From assembly GCA_965637545.1 (NCBI GenBank), contig OZ281494.1:868001-932000 (forward strand): 64,000 nt of DNA. Direction: 5' to 3'. Made by a program: the position numbers and the translations under genes. The first letter of the stretch is position 1; every line of letters begins with the position of its first letter. The notes under the pieces were generated by a model. That model saw only the letters and a list, made by a program, of their open reading frames with translations, ran no database searches and had not been told where the DNA came from. This DNA is from Phallusia mammillata. Taxonomy: Eukaryota. Below, piece by piece: positions 12,363 through 23,300 of this stretch.

Positions 12363-15300
12363 ATGATGAACAGGACTGTGGCGTTTGTCTTGATGCTGCT
12401 TGCACCATTGTCATCAGCTCAAACAAAAAGTAAGACGTACTACTCTGCAAATAACTACAGAAATAAGATATTGTAATCCTTAACACATTTGTCAGGTTGT
12501 GGAACGACCATGGAAGCAGTGAAGGACAGTGTGTTGATATTATCTGACGATTTTGTGGATGCAAACACTGCACAGGAGAAATGTTCTTTGATGGGTGGAA
12601 ATCTTACAATGACTGGTGACCCACAGATCAACACAACTCTCACTCAACTCATGACAGACAAATACACATCAGGTTTGTGTAGATGCAATTTAACAACATC
12701 AGGCAGTTCACTATTTTAAGAATCGACCGTGTTGTGCCTCAACAGAATAAGCTGATATTAACATGAACATAGTTGTCAAATATTGTGGCTAGAACGATTT
12801 TAACTCTTCGGAGTTATTTTGGTCTAATATTTTGTTCGTGAAAAACTGCCATGATTAAAATTAGGCGATCGTTATTTTTTTCAGATTTGCAGCGGGTTTA
12901 TATTTTTTATAACCCCACTGACCGATACAAATACTCGAATAATTCGGCTGAAGAAGGTTGGATTAGCACAAAATATCTCGGACATCTGTGGTATTTTGAC
13001 TTGTATAAGAGGTAAACACATTTAACAGCAACAAGTTTGTAATTATAAAAACATACAATTTTTTGTTTAGCAATCCTGAAAACGCAATGGAATCAATAAA
13101 TTTCTGCAATTATGAGAAAGTCAGCGACACGGAGAGGTGGAAAGTAACTGTTAAAGGAGATTGTACGCCGGGAAGTATGTAACCTCACTTAGTAACCCAA
13201 CTGCCAAATCATCTTACTAATAACTTTCCATTTACTGAAATTAATATTAAATTTTACGAAGCATTGTTCAGTTGTTCCATACACGAAAACAATGACAAAA
13301 TTATTGTAACTAAAAATAGCTAACCTCTATATGGGCAATGTTAAAGTTCTCATAGTTAGGTAAAAATAATTATGTTTGTCTTCCTGACATTTTTTTATCG
13401 TCAGTTTCTTATCACCTCACCTTAACTTGTATGTTAAATCATATTTCTTATTACCTGATACAGGCACAAAAAGTTTATACAGAGTTGCCTATTTGTTTGT
13501 AGATTGGGTATTTCAGTATTCCTTGTTTTCTGATGTAAACACAAGCACACACCAAAAAGAAATATTCAACTATTGGAGAGAAAGCCAGCCATTTTCAAGC
13601 AAGTTGCGAAGTGTCAATGAATCGTTTGAAACCTTCAACGTATATGATGGATCATTCCTAGAACCAGGTGTCGTCATGGTCAAACACAAAATGTTGCTTG
13701 TGTCATTGACATAATCAACGCAAAAATATCTTCTAGACCAGCGGTTCTCAACCAGGAGCGATAGCTCCCCCAAGGGGGCCACGAGCTGTGTTCCAGGGAG
13801 AACGGGAGAACCAGAAAACCACTAAAAGCCATTTTCTTTTTTTTAAACATAATTAATACCTGTTGCAAACAACTTTATTTTATAATTCACTCGATTATTT
13901 CACATATTTTTGTCTACACTGAAATTTATCACGATTACGGAATCTTGTTTACTCTATTTGACGTGTTTTTACGCCAAAGTTACTGCTCTCACGAGTTTGC
14001 CATTTGCGTTTTCAAATTCCCAACAAGAGATAGCCATATGCGTTGTAAAGGGGGGCCACAGATCTTACAGAGTTACATGAAAGGGGCTCGAGGCCTAAAA
14101 ATTGCTTTTAGGGGCCCACGGTTCCCTAAAATTTGAAAATCACTGTTCTAGATATTAACGTTTTTATTGGAGCTCGTTACAACCCGTCATTGGAAGATTG
14201 GTATTGGAGCGACGGATCGCCGACAAACTTTTCTGTTTCCAACGTTACAACTTGCCAGCAAGGAGCATTGCATTATGGGATCGGATGGGAGCAGTCAAGC
14301 ATGAACTGCAGTGGGGAACCGACTTACTACGCTTGTCAAGTGAAATGTAAGTAATTTAAAAACAAAGTATGTTTAGTCAAAGTTAAGCATTAAACAATCA
14401 TTGTATATTTTTTTGATTTATTTGTGATACAGTGTCTTCATGCTAATAATTTTATTTTCGTTTCTAAATGGACATTTCACCCTTTGACCAACTTTTAGTC
14501 AGTGCAACTGTGGAGAAAACTATGTGCAACGCTTCAAATGTGGTGGTCAGTTGGACTGGACTTGATCAGATCATCGAAGACAATAATCTACTTGCAGAGG
14601 TAATGTTTATTGAACCACAAAGACTGTTTGTTTGTTTATTTTAAATCTAAAATCTTCCGCGCAAAAATCGATTTAAAGTGAATGCAGGAGGCACATGCAA
14701 TGTCCTCGTATATTGTGACGGGTCCTCGTGTGCGAAATGTTTCGGGCCTTTCACGCCAGAGCGGCGAATGCCAAGCTGAGGTGGCTTCAAGTCGTTATAT
14801 TTTCCCAATTTCCATTACGTAAGTTCGGTCGACCAGGTCCAAAACCCTGAAAGGCTCGTGTACGAAGATGTAAAGGGGGGTCGGAACATGGCTTTATAAA
14901 TAAACACATAGTTTGCGGTTAGTATACTTGCTATAGCAAAGTACATGAAACACAAGTAGTCCAACCCATTGTTACGCGATAGAACCTCATGGACGCCATT
15001 TTGTGTCCAAATTGATACAGCAGGTATAGGGAAAAACACGTAAATTGTCTGATTTTTACAAACTGGTGGGCTTTAACGCGAAATTGATAGGCAAAATCGA
15101 ATAAAACTTTTGGGTCCTAACATTTGGGTGTGATAATGAACGCTGAATGCAAATATTTAAAGTTTACATGAAAAAAAGCAGTTTAGCTTTTAATATTACG
15201 TTAAAATGTTAGAACCCGAAATTTTCATTCAATTTGGCGAATCAAATTCGCGTTTAAGATCTCCAGTTTGTAAATATCAGCCAGTTTATGTATTATTTTC

Positions 15301-18234
15301 CTCTACCCACCCTATCATTTTGGACACAAAATGGATCCATAGGCTTTATTGCGTAACAATAGGTTGGACAACTTGTGTATTATATAGACTTGTGTTAGCA
15401 GCGCTGTGGGTACTGATGGATATTGCGTAGCTTGTTGCGACAAGGTGGCTACATATCTACGGTTGTTTATGTTGTGAATTGCAGTTTTTGACAACTGTTT
15501 TATTTAGGTTGAAACATATGTTTTGGAGCTGAACAAAAAAATCATGACACCATATGCAGATCTGTCGACAACAATTGAAAACTTCAGTTTTGCAACTGTA
15601 TATAATTTTGAGGTAAAGTGTATTTGAATATAATTTAACTTAATTTATTTGAAACTGGAATGGTCTGCTTATTAACAAAAAAATCCGGACCAGTATTTGT
15701 GTGTAAAACATGATTACGTTTCGACAAGTGCAATTGTACTATTATATTTGCGCAGAACGTTCAACCCCAAAACAAACTGGTTTGAAAGATAAGATGAACA
15801 TTCATAACTGGGAACAGCCCTCAAGCGTCTATGCAGACCAGCGATGACGCCACACTCATATATAAATCACAGTACGCCAGGCCCATTGGTGACCGGCTGA
15901 TTCGGTATAGTGATTGCTGGTCTGCATAGACGCTTCAGGGCTGATCCCAGTTATGAATTTATGTTCATCTTAACTGATACTGGACAATCTGGCGAACCCA
16001 TACTACGAAGCTGACATGTGCAGCATACGAGGCAGGCAACGGTGCTTGTGATTCGACTTTCAGCGGATTCTCCACTGGGCCTGTGTACCTCAGTTAGTAG
16101 AGCGTGAGTCCCGGAAAGACTCCTGTCGTGGGTTCGAATCCCACCGCAGGCTAGATTTTTCTAGCCTACGACTTGCCATATTGTGCTGAATGCTTGGTGA
16201 CCGGCTGATTCGGTATAGCGCCTTCAATGGGCCTGACGTACTGTGATTGGTTTGACAGCTATTCTTTTTCATCACCGAATATTTACTAACAGATCACTAC
16301 AATGCTTACCGGATGCTTAAACGCCAACGTCTCAACCTCTACATCAGTAGCAACATGTGGAAACCCCCCATCGAGTTGCTATCCTCCAGGTAAGCTAACA
16401 AGTCACCTGTGAAATTTGAATTTTTTAATTGTAACAACACCTTTTTGTAGTAAACGCGACTGCAGAGACATTTCTATGCAACGCTTCAACTGTACTTGTC
16501 AGTTGGACTGGACTGGATCAATTCATCATTAACAACGAACTAAAAGCGCAGGTTTAAACCAAGTTTGTGTGTTGTATAAATGGATTTGAAACCAAAATGC
16601 ATACAGGTTGAAATTCAACTGGAAGGTTTGAATCAAACGGTCTTTGCTCCTTATTTTGACTACTCCACAACAATAGAAGATCTCATTCACTCCACTACGT
16701 ATGTCATTGAGGTAAAAACTAATGCCTTTCTTGGTGTCAATTGAACAAGCACTGGTTTACCAGAAAAAGTAACGTTGATTAACTTGTCCGCAACATGACA
16801 TTCACGTAACCAATTTGTATGTTTGTGGTGGTAGGTCACAGTGATTGTCACTGGTTCAATCAACACAAACATCGCATCCAATCTGACAGTAACAACTCCT
16901 GGCAATCCCCCTTCAAGCTGTTACCCTGAAGGTAAACATTGATACGATTTTATTTTTGGTATTTAGCAAACCTAATTCCCAAGAAGCAGGCAAAGTGTTT
17001 CTCTAATTTTGCAAACCATCGTAAGTGGTTTATTATTATGCATTACAGTAAATTGCGACTGGTTTAGTGTCGCACTGAAGGTATGGAAAATAAACATAGT
17101 TCATACCAGTGTTTCGCAACAACAACTCCGAAGAAGCGAGCAAACTATGTTAGCGAACACAAACTTTAAGAACCTGACACAACGTTTCTTTTCTATTTGC
17201 ATTGCAGTAAACACGACTGTCGAGACATTTCTATGCAACCCTTCATCTGTGCTTGTCAAATGGACTGGACTTGATCAATTTATCAACAGCAACGATCTGT
17301 TAGCCCAGGTCTAAATTAAACTTTTTGTTGTTGTTTTTCGAGTCTTTAATCTTTGATAAACGAACCTAAATGTGCATTACTACACTAAAAACAAACTTCA
17401 CTCTTCACTGCATTAAGTTACATACAGGTTCAAATTAGAGTCTTCGTTTTGAATCAAACAATCTCTGTTCCGTATTCCGATAAATCAACTATAATAGAAG
17501 ATCTTCTTAACTCTACTTTGTATGATATATTGGTAAGGATTTTTTTCCTATTATTGGCCAAGTAAAAATAAACAGAAAATACTTTTGTTGAAAAAAAAAA
17601 TTGTTTTGTTGAAACTCTCAAACTAAGCATTTTTGTAACACAGGTCACAGTGATTGTCACTGGTTCAATCAACACAAACATCGCATCCAATCTAACAGTA
17701 ACAACTCCGCCTAATCCTCCTCCAAGTTGTTTTCCTGGAGAAAACACGGCCAATCCTGCAACGAGTGTCGGAATGATTGCTGGTTTGGTGATCGGGCTGT
17801 TGCTTCTTATATTGTTCATTGTTGGGCTGGTGGTCATGTTTATTCGTCGTAGACACAGGTACAAAATTTTATTTTTAAACGTCAATGTAGGATATTGCAA
17901 TAAGTATCATTGTTTTGATGGTGTTTTTTATTATCTATATAAACACATATCTCATTTTTGTTTTCAGCAGAGAAACATTATGATCATCATTTGTAACTTG
18001 TTTCACAGAAAAAATCAAAGCAGCCAACCAGAAACAGTAACGGCGAAACAACTGTTTTCACTTAAAAGAGCAGAAGGTAAGAAAATCGTTGCAAACAACG
18101 AATCATATGAAGAAATTGATTTCACTTCTTTTGCAGCACCCACTACTGACAAAGTCGCGGACGAAGACGAATACGAAACAGTTATTAATGTCGATGGGAC
18201 CAACTCAAACCCTACATACGAAACAATAACGTGA
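12363..18234 (+). CDS. Gene 3: intact CTL(+insert)-3xFN3-TM receptor with ITAM-like/NPxY tail and no PTP (675 aa)
   Basis: Exons 12363-12429 (signal MMNRTVAFVLMLLAPLSSAQ), 12496-12672, 12885-13011, 13071-13174, 13503-13667, 14152-14346, 14499-14599, 15508-15612, 16293-16389, 16451-16551, 16607-16711, 16835-16931, 17208-17308, 17428-17532, 17644-17858 (TM), 18009-18076, 18137-18234 (...DEDEYETVINVDGTNSNPTYETIT*). Total 2028 nt with no internal stop. Confidence 0.9.
13739..14145. mobile_element. hAT (Charlie/Buster-like) MITE inserted at a splice acceptor
   Basis: TIRs CAGCGGTTCTCAACC / ATTTGAAAATCACTG; TSD TTCTAGAC (13731-13738) / TTCTAGAT (14146-14153), matching the nTCTAGAn target preference. 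Confidence 0.85.
14941..15388. repeat. Old imperfect inverted repeat (~90-bp arms, 14941-15035 and 15296-15388); probable decayed DNA transposon
   Basis: The reverse complement of the left arm (TTGGACACAAAATGGCGTCCATGAGGTTCTATCGCGTAACAATGGGTTGGACTACTTGTG) aligns with the right arm (TTGGACACAAAATGGATCCATAGGCTTTATTGCGTAACAATAGGTTGGACAACTTGTG). Confidence 0.65.
15791..15971. repeat. Foldback element: ~58-bp inverted arms around a loop containing SINE fragments
   Basis: 15791-15848 is near-perfectly complementary to 15910-15971; the loop holds GGTGACCGGCTGATTCGGTATAG (same as 16197-16219) and an inverted SINE 3' piece. Confidence 0.8.
16077..16250 (+). mobile_element. tRNA-derived SINE, full-length copy
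   Basis: A-box-like TACCTCAGTTAGTAGAGC, B-box GGTTCGAATCCC, cloverleaf head 16079-16152; the 3' body is shared with 40563-40680. Confidence 0.8.
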
Positions 18235-18344
18235 TTAAATTATATTTAAACTTACGTTTTCGCCCACATAATTCATTTATTAACTCACATCTGTTGTTTG
18301 CAGGAGCGAAACATTGTTATGAATATTTGTAACTTTCTTTACAG

Positions 18345-18646
18345 GAAAAATCAAAGTCGTCATCTTGCAACGGTAATGACACAAAAGCAGTTTCCACGTA
18401 AAACAACAAACGGTAAGAAAATCCTTAATGATATTTTTTTTCAGGATATTTTATGTCTGTAAATGGGTCAGGCATGCCGGACTATTCAGCTAAGTTCCTG
18501 CCCAAAATCCTTAATAATAAAATTGCACAAATTAATTTCACGTTTTTGCAGCGCCCTCTACTGACAAAGTCGCGGACGAAGACGAATACGAAACAGTTAA
18601 TGTCGATGGGACCAACTCAAACCCTACATACGAAACAATAACGTGA
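18345..18646 (+). CDS. Duplicated alternative cytoplasmic cassette of gene 3 (two exons)
   Basis: Exons 18345-18412 (68 nt, phase 2 to 1) and 18552-18646 (APSTDKVADEDEYETVNVDGTNSNPTYETIT*); intact splice sites; splices in frame to the TM exon donor at 17858. Confidence 0.7.
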
Positions 18647-19729
18647 TTAAATCATAGTTTAAATTGCTTCGGTACAATTGTCATTTATGTACTTTTATTG
18701 TAATTAATTGTTTCGAAATTTAAAAACCGCAAATATAATTTCAAAAATAAATATTACAGACAAGGTCAGTTACAAGTCATAATTCTTCTACATTTAGGAA
18801 GTTATTTTTTATTTTTATATATTTAGAAGTAAAAATTTTAAGAAACTTTACAAGTGTACAAAAAAATTGATACCTGAGAGGAAATGTCTATAAAAACAAA
18901 ACCAAGACCTTGTACATACGAAACACAACGTTTAATTATCTGTAGACACTCCAGTTTGTCAGAGGCTAAACGGTTAGAAAACTACACTAGCTAATGCAGT
19001 CTGAATCACCAGCTACTTTGATAAGGTCTTAAATGTAGGTCGAAACAGGAGTTGGTACATTTGTGATAATTCTACCTGAATAAATGAAAAAAGTAAACGA
19101 ACGTGTGTTTTTCGTGAACGTGACACTCGTATATTTGATTGATAATAATTTGTGACAAGTTGTACTATTGCTTTGTCCGTGCTAGTGAAGACGGCAAAAA
19201 GATAAGCTATACTTTACAAATACAATTGAGCAGTCAGCACTGGTTCTGTAATGACTTACAATCCCACAAAAAAGCGTTTGTACAAAGTCTACAGACGAAG
19301 TTTAGGCAGTTAATAAACAGTCAACGTCAATGGCCGAATCGTAAAATCATTTGTGTTTCTCCAAGTGCAGCTGTGCGGTGTTTTGAGTCACTGCAGGTGT
19401 AAATTCGCTCTGAAGCGATTTAAAAAGCAGCTTAAACCGGAAGTGTAGTTTTTGCTAAACGGCAAATATCACAATGACAAGTCGGTTTTCGTAAATTTGT
19501 GAAGCAAAATGTGTTTGAATATTTGACCCAGTTAGTGGTACTTGTTTATTAATTAAGGCGACATAAGTAGACGTTGAAAACCTTGGTACATATATTGTAA
19601 AAGATAAAAAAAAACATCTGTTGTACGTTCAATCCATTTCATATGATTGTTTCCGGTTTAATCAATGCTACCTAATACGTGATATTCGTAGACTTCCAAC
19701 AAAGGAAAGAATTTTGAAAAAGGAAAGTA

Positions 19730-20050
19730 AAATCTGTCGTGTGTAGACTTGCTTTTACGACTGTTTATCTGATGCTTATAAATAACGAAATACACGTTGG
19801 CCAAAACACATTATACGTTGAGCTTTTAGGTCGTACAGAGAACGAACAAGTTATTCTTAGCTTTAGTAAATATTTACACCTCGACAACACAATGCTTGCG
19901 CTAGGTCACACGCGATTAAACAAGTCGGTAAACAGACAACGTCAATGCGAACATTGGAAAATGCCGAATCACTTTCGTTTCTGTAGGTGCAGCGGTACGT
20001 GGACAGCTTTAAAATCGAGTTTTTCATATTCATTTGGATTTTTGCTTCGC
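19730..20050 (+). promoter_or_regulatory. Conserved non-coding block upstream of gene 4
   Basis: Aligns with 11300-11640; GGTAAACA 19927-19934; ACTTTCGTTTC 19971-19981 followed by TGTAG. Confidence 0.6.
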
Positions 20051-20329
20051 CAGAGAGGTTTCGCAATAACGAGCGCCTTGATGGTAGTATACCATTAAAA
20101 TTAGTCGGTTAATTTGCACCAGATATTTCTTAAGTCAGAATAGGAAAAATAACAAACGTTTTATGTTGACGCGAAGCAGTTTAATGTCAATGGGCTGAAG
20201 TTGATAGTAATTTTCGGTTTAGTTCGAGTGCTAAAATAAACGAGTTGAACTAGTAAATGGTGCCATTTATTTCCAATTAGACGTTTGTTGCATGAATAAA
20301 AAATATTGGAAGCACAGAACTTTTTTAAC

Positions 20330-23300
20330 ATGATAAAAAGGACTGTGGCGTTTTTCGTGATGCTGCTTGCGCAAAGGTCATCAGCTGCAAGTAAGATGTA
20401 GAATACTGTAAACAATCACAGCAACGCTGTAACATTCATTCATTTCGTTTTAAGATTGTAACAAAACGATGCAAGCAGTGACGAACAGTGTGTTGATATT
20501 ATCTGACGATCTTGTGGATGCAAACACTGCACAGGAGAAATGTTCTTTGCTGGGTGGAAATCTTGCAATGACTGATGACCCACAGATCAACACAACTCTT
20601 ACTGAACTCATGACTGACAAATACACAACAGGTTCAAGTTGATGATAGTTTATTACCCCAACCTGTATTCCACAAATCTAACAACAAACTTATTTTGAAG
20701 CAAAAAAGGATTTAAATCATTATTGCAAAGACGACTTTACTCATGGCTGCATTTTTTTTAATATATGTGAAAAAATAAATAACAAACATCGTTTCAGATT
20801 TGCAGAGAATTTATATTTTTTACAACTTGTTCGACCATGAACGATGCAAATACTCAAAAAGTTCGACTGAAGACGGTTGGAATAGTACGAAATTACTCGG
20901 ACATCTGTGGTATTTCGACTTGTATAATAGGTAATAGATTTTGACATTAACACACCTGATCATAAAAACATGCAATTTGTTGATTAGCAATCCTGAAAAC
21001 ACCATGCAACAAATTTACTTCTGCAATTATGGAAGTGGTCCTAATGCTGAGAGGTGGATTGTAACTATTGGAGAAAATTGTGAGAAATTCTGTAAGTAAT
21101 AAGGCTTTCGCCTTTCAAAATTCAGCTTTACATGCACAAAACGCTCTGCTTTCTTTTTATTATTAATATCAGCTGGCACGAACCATTGTTATATAGAAAA
21201 AAGGTTGGCACGCGAGGTCATTAAGACATGGAAATAACAAGTCATTTTGCACGCTTTATTGATTTTATTGATTCTGAACTGAGCAATATCCACACCAGCA
21301 GAAATAGGTTTGGGAATTCAACGTGGAGTAAATCCGATTGTACCATGGGATAACAATATAGAATGAATGCTCGGCGCTAAACACTTATATCACACCACTA
21401 ACGTTACGTTTTCAACTACCCTTACCAACGCACAATAAAAAAGACTATTATGTCCACGTAGCGGAATGTAACTGGGCAACCGCAAAAAAGGACCCTTGTA
21501 GCTAAGGACAGTAACAAAGAGTTAGAACTATTGCATGAATATAAGTGAACAGAGGGCTAATAAGCACTTGTGTGGATACCAAAAAAATAACAAAAGCAGT
21601 AGAACAAACAGCGTTGTGATGTGGTCATGGTGTCAAGCATCGAATAAAAGTTCGGCAGTCGAAAATTCCATGAAACAACCGGTTTTTAAACATTTATTTT
21701 TCAGGAGTTTGCTATCTACATCACACTAACCTACACGTTTTTTTTCATATATATTCCTTTTTCAGTCAAAACAAAACCTTGTATAAGGCTATCTATTCGT
21801 TTGTAGCATGGATATTTCAGTATTCCTTGTTTTCCGATGTTAACATTAACAAGCGCCAAAAAGATATATTCAGTTATGAACGGAAACCACGTTCAATCAA
21901 GTTGAGGAGTGTTAACGAAACGTATGAAAGCTTTACAACTTATAATGGATCGTTCCTGGCACCAGGTGAGCGTTTGGTTTCAAAAACTTACAACCATAGA
22001 AATCTGTCGCTCGTGTCATAAAAATTCATCGCAAAAATGGTTTCAGACATTAACGTCCTAATTGGAGCTCGTTACAACACGTCGTCAAATGGTTGGTATT
22101 GGAGCGACGGATCTCCGGCAAACTTTCCCGTTTCCAACTTAACAACTTGCCAGCAGGGAGCGTTGCATTATGGGATCGGATGGGAGCAGTCAAGCATGAA
22201 CTGCAGTGGTGAACCGGCTTACTACGCTTGCCAATTAAAATGTGAGTAATTAATTGATTCGAAATACAGACTAAACTTCAAACAATCTGTTTAAGTTGAT
22301 TTGATGTATTTGAAACACAGCGTCTCTTATGCTGTACTGACTCCTGCTAATATTATAACCTAAATTAATTTCTCTTGAAATGGACATTCTAGTTGATTTA
22401 ATTTTAGTCGAAGCTACAGTGGAGCAAACTATATGCAATGCTTCAACTGTTGTTGTCAGCTGGACTGGACTAGATGAGATCATCGAAGTCAATAATCTAC
22501 TAGCAGAGGTAATATTTTATTATGCCTCAATGGCGACGTTTCGCTGTGTTTTTGTCGAAATTTTAAACAGAGAACGCGAGAAAAAAACACAATCGCGGGT
22601 CTGCAGAGTCGCTACACAGCTCTCTCGCCGAAAGTAAATTGCAAAGGGTCGTGCCTGCCACAATTTTCCGACCAGGGCCGTGTCTGGTGACCCGGTAGTG
22701 AAATGTCAAAATGCGCTGGTTCACCCGTGACGTTTTGTTTACCCAATTTGCATTACGTCAGTTTTATGACCTAGATCCAATACTATGAAAGGACCTGTGT
22801 TTGAAGGGGTCAATGAGGCCGGTGCACGTCCCTACGAAGAAACAAATGCTCTGTTTTGCATAGTTTGAGGGCGTTGAGTAAATTACTCAACATGGGTACT
22901 GGTGTCAATGGATTTAAAGCTGCATGAGGCTTTAATACCTAAACAAATTTCATGGAATAAAGACTATAAGTTCCTGTACATCTGATTGATGGAAAATGGT
23001 TGGTACAATTAAGAGCAGGGGCGGGCAACTTCTCCAGTCGGCGGGCCTAATATGGGAAAATGAAGTACTTGGCGGGCCGGATTCCTGAATCAATACATTA
23101 ATCGCGTATTTATCCAGTGATTTAAGACGGATTTTTGACCACCTAAACCAAGTACATTCAAGAACATCACAATTACAATACAGTCCAAACAATCCAACTA
23201 TAACATAAAAGTATTCACCACAGCCAATTTAATGCATACACCACAGACTTAGATACTGGTGAAACACTAACTAGGCTACACGTGTGGAAACAAAGGAAGC

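Noticed and set aside
16079-16152. Functional tRNA gene (apparent GGA anticodon)
   Set aside because: It lacks U33, has a D-stem mismatch, lacks the long variable arm expected for Ser, and continues into a body shared with 40563-40680. A SINE head is the better reading.
19436-19445. Perfect ETS site ACCGGAAGTG (also CCGGAAGTG at 46395-46403)
   Set aside because: These are short motifs outside the aligned upstream blocks and are not positionally conserved, so they are compatible with chance.
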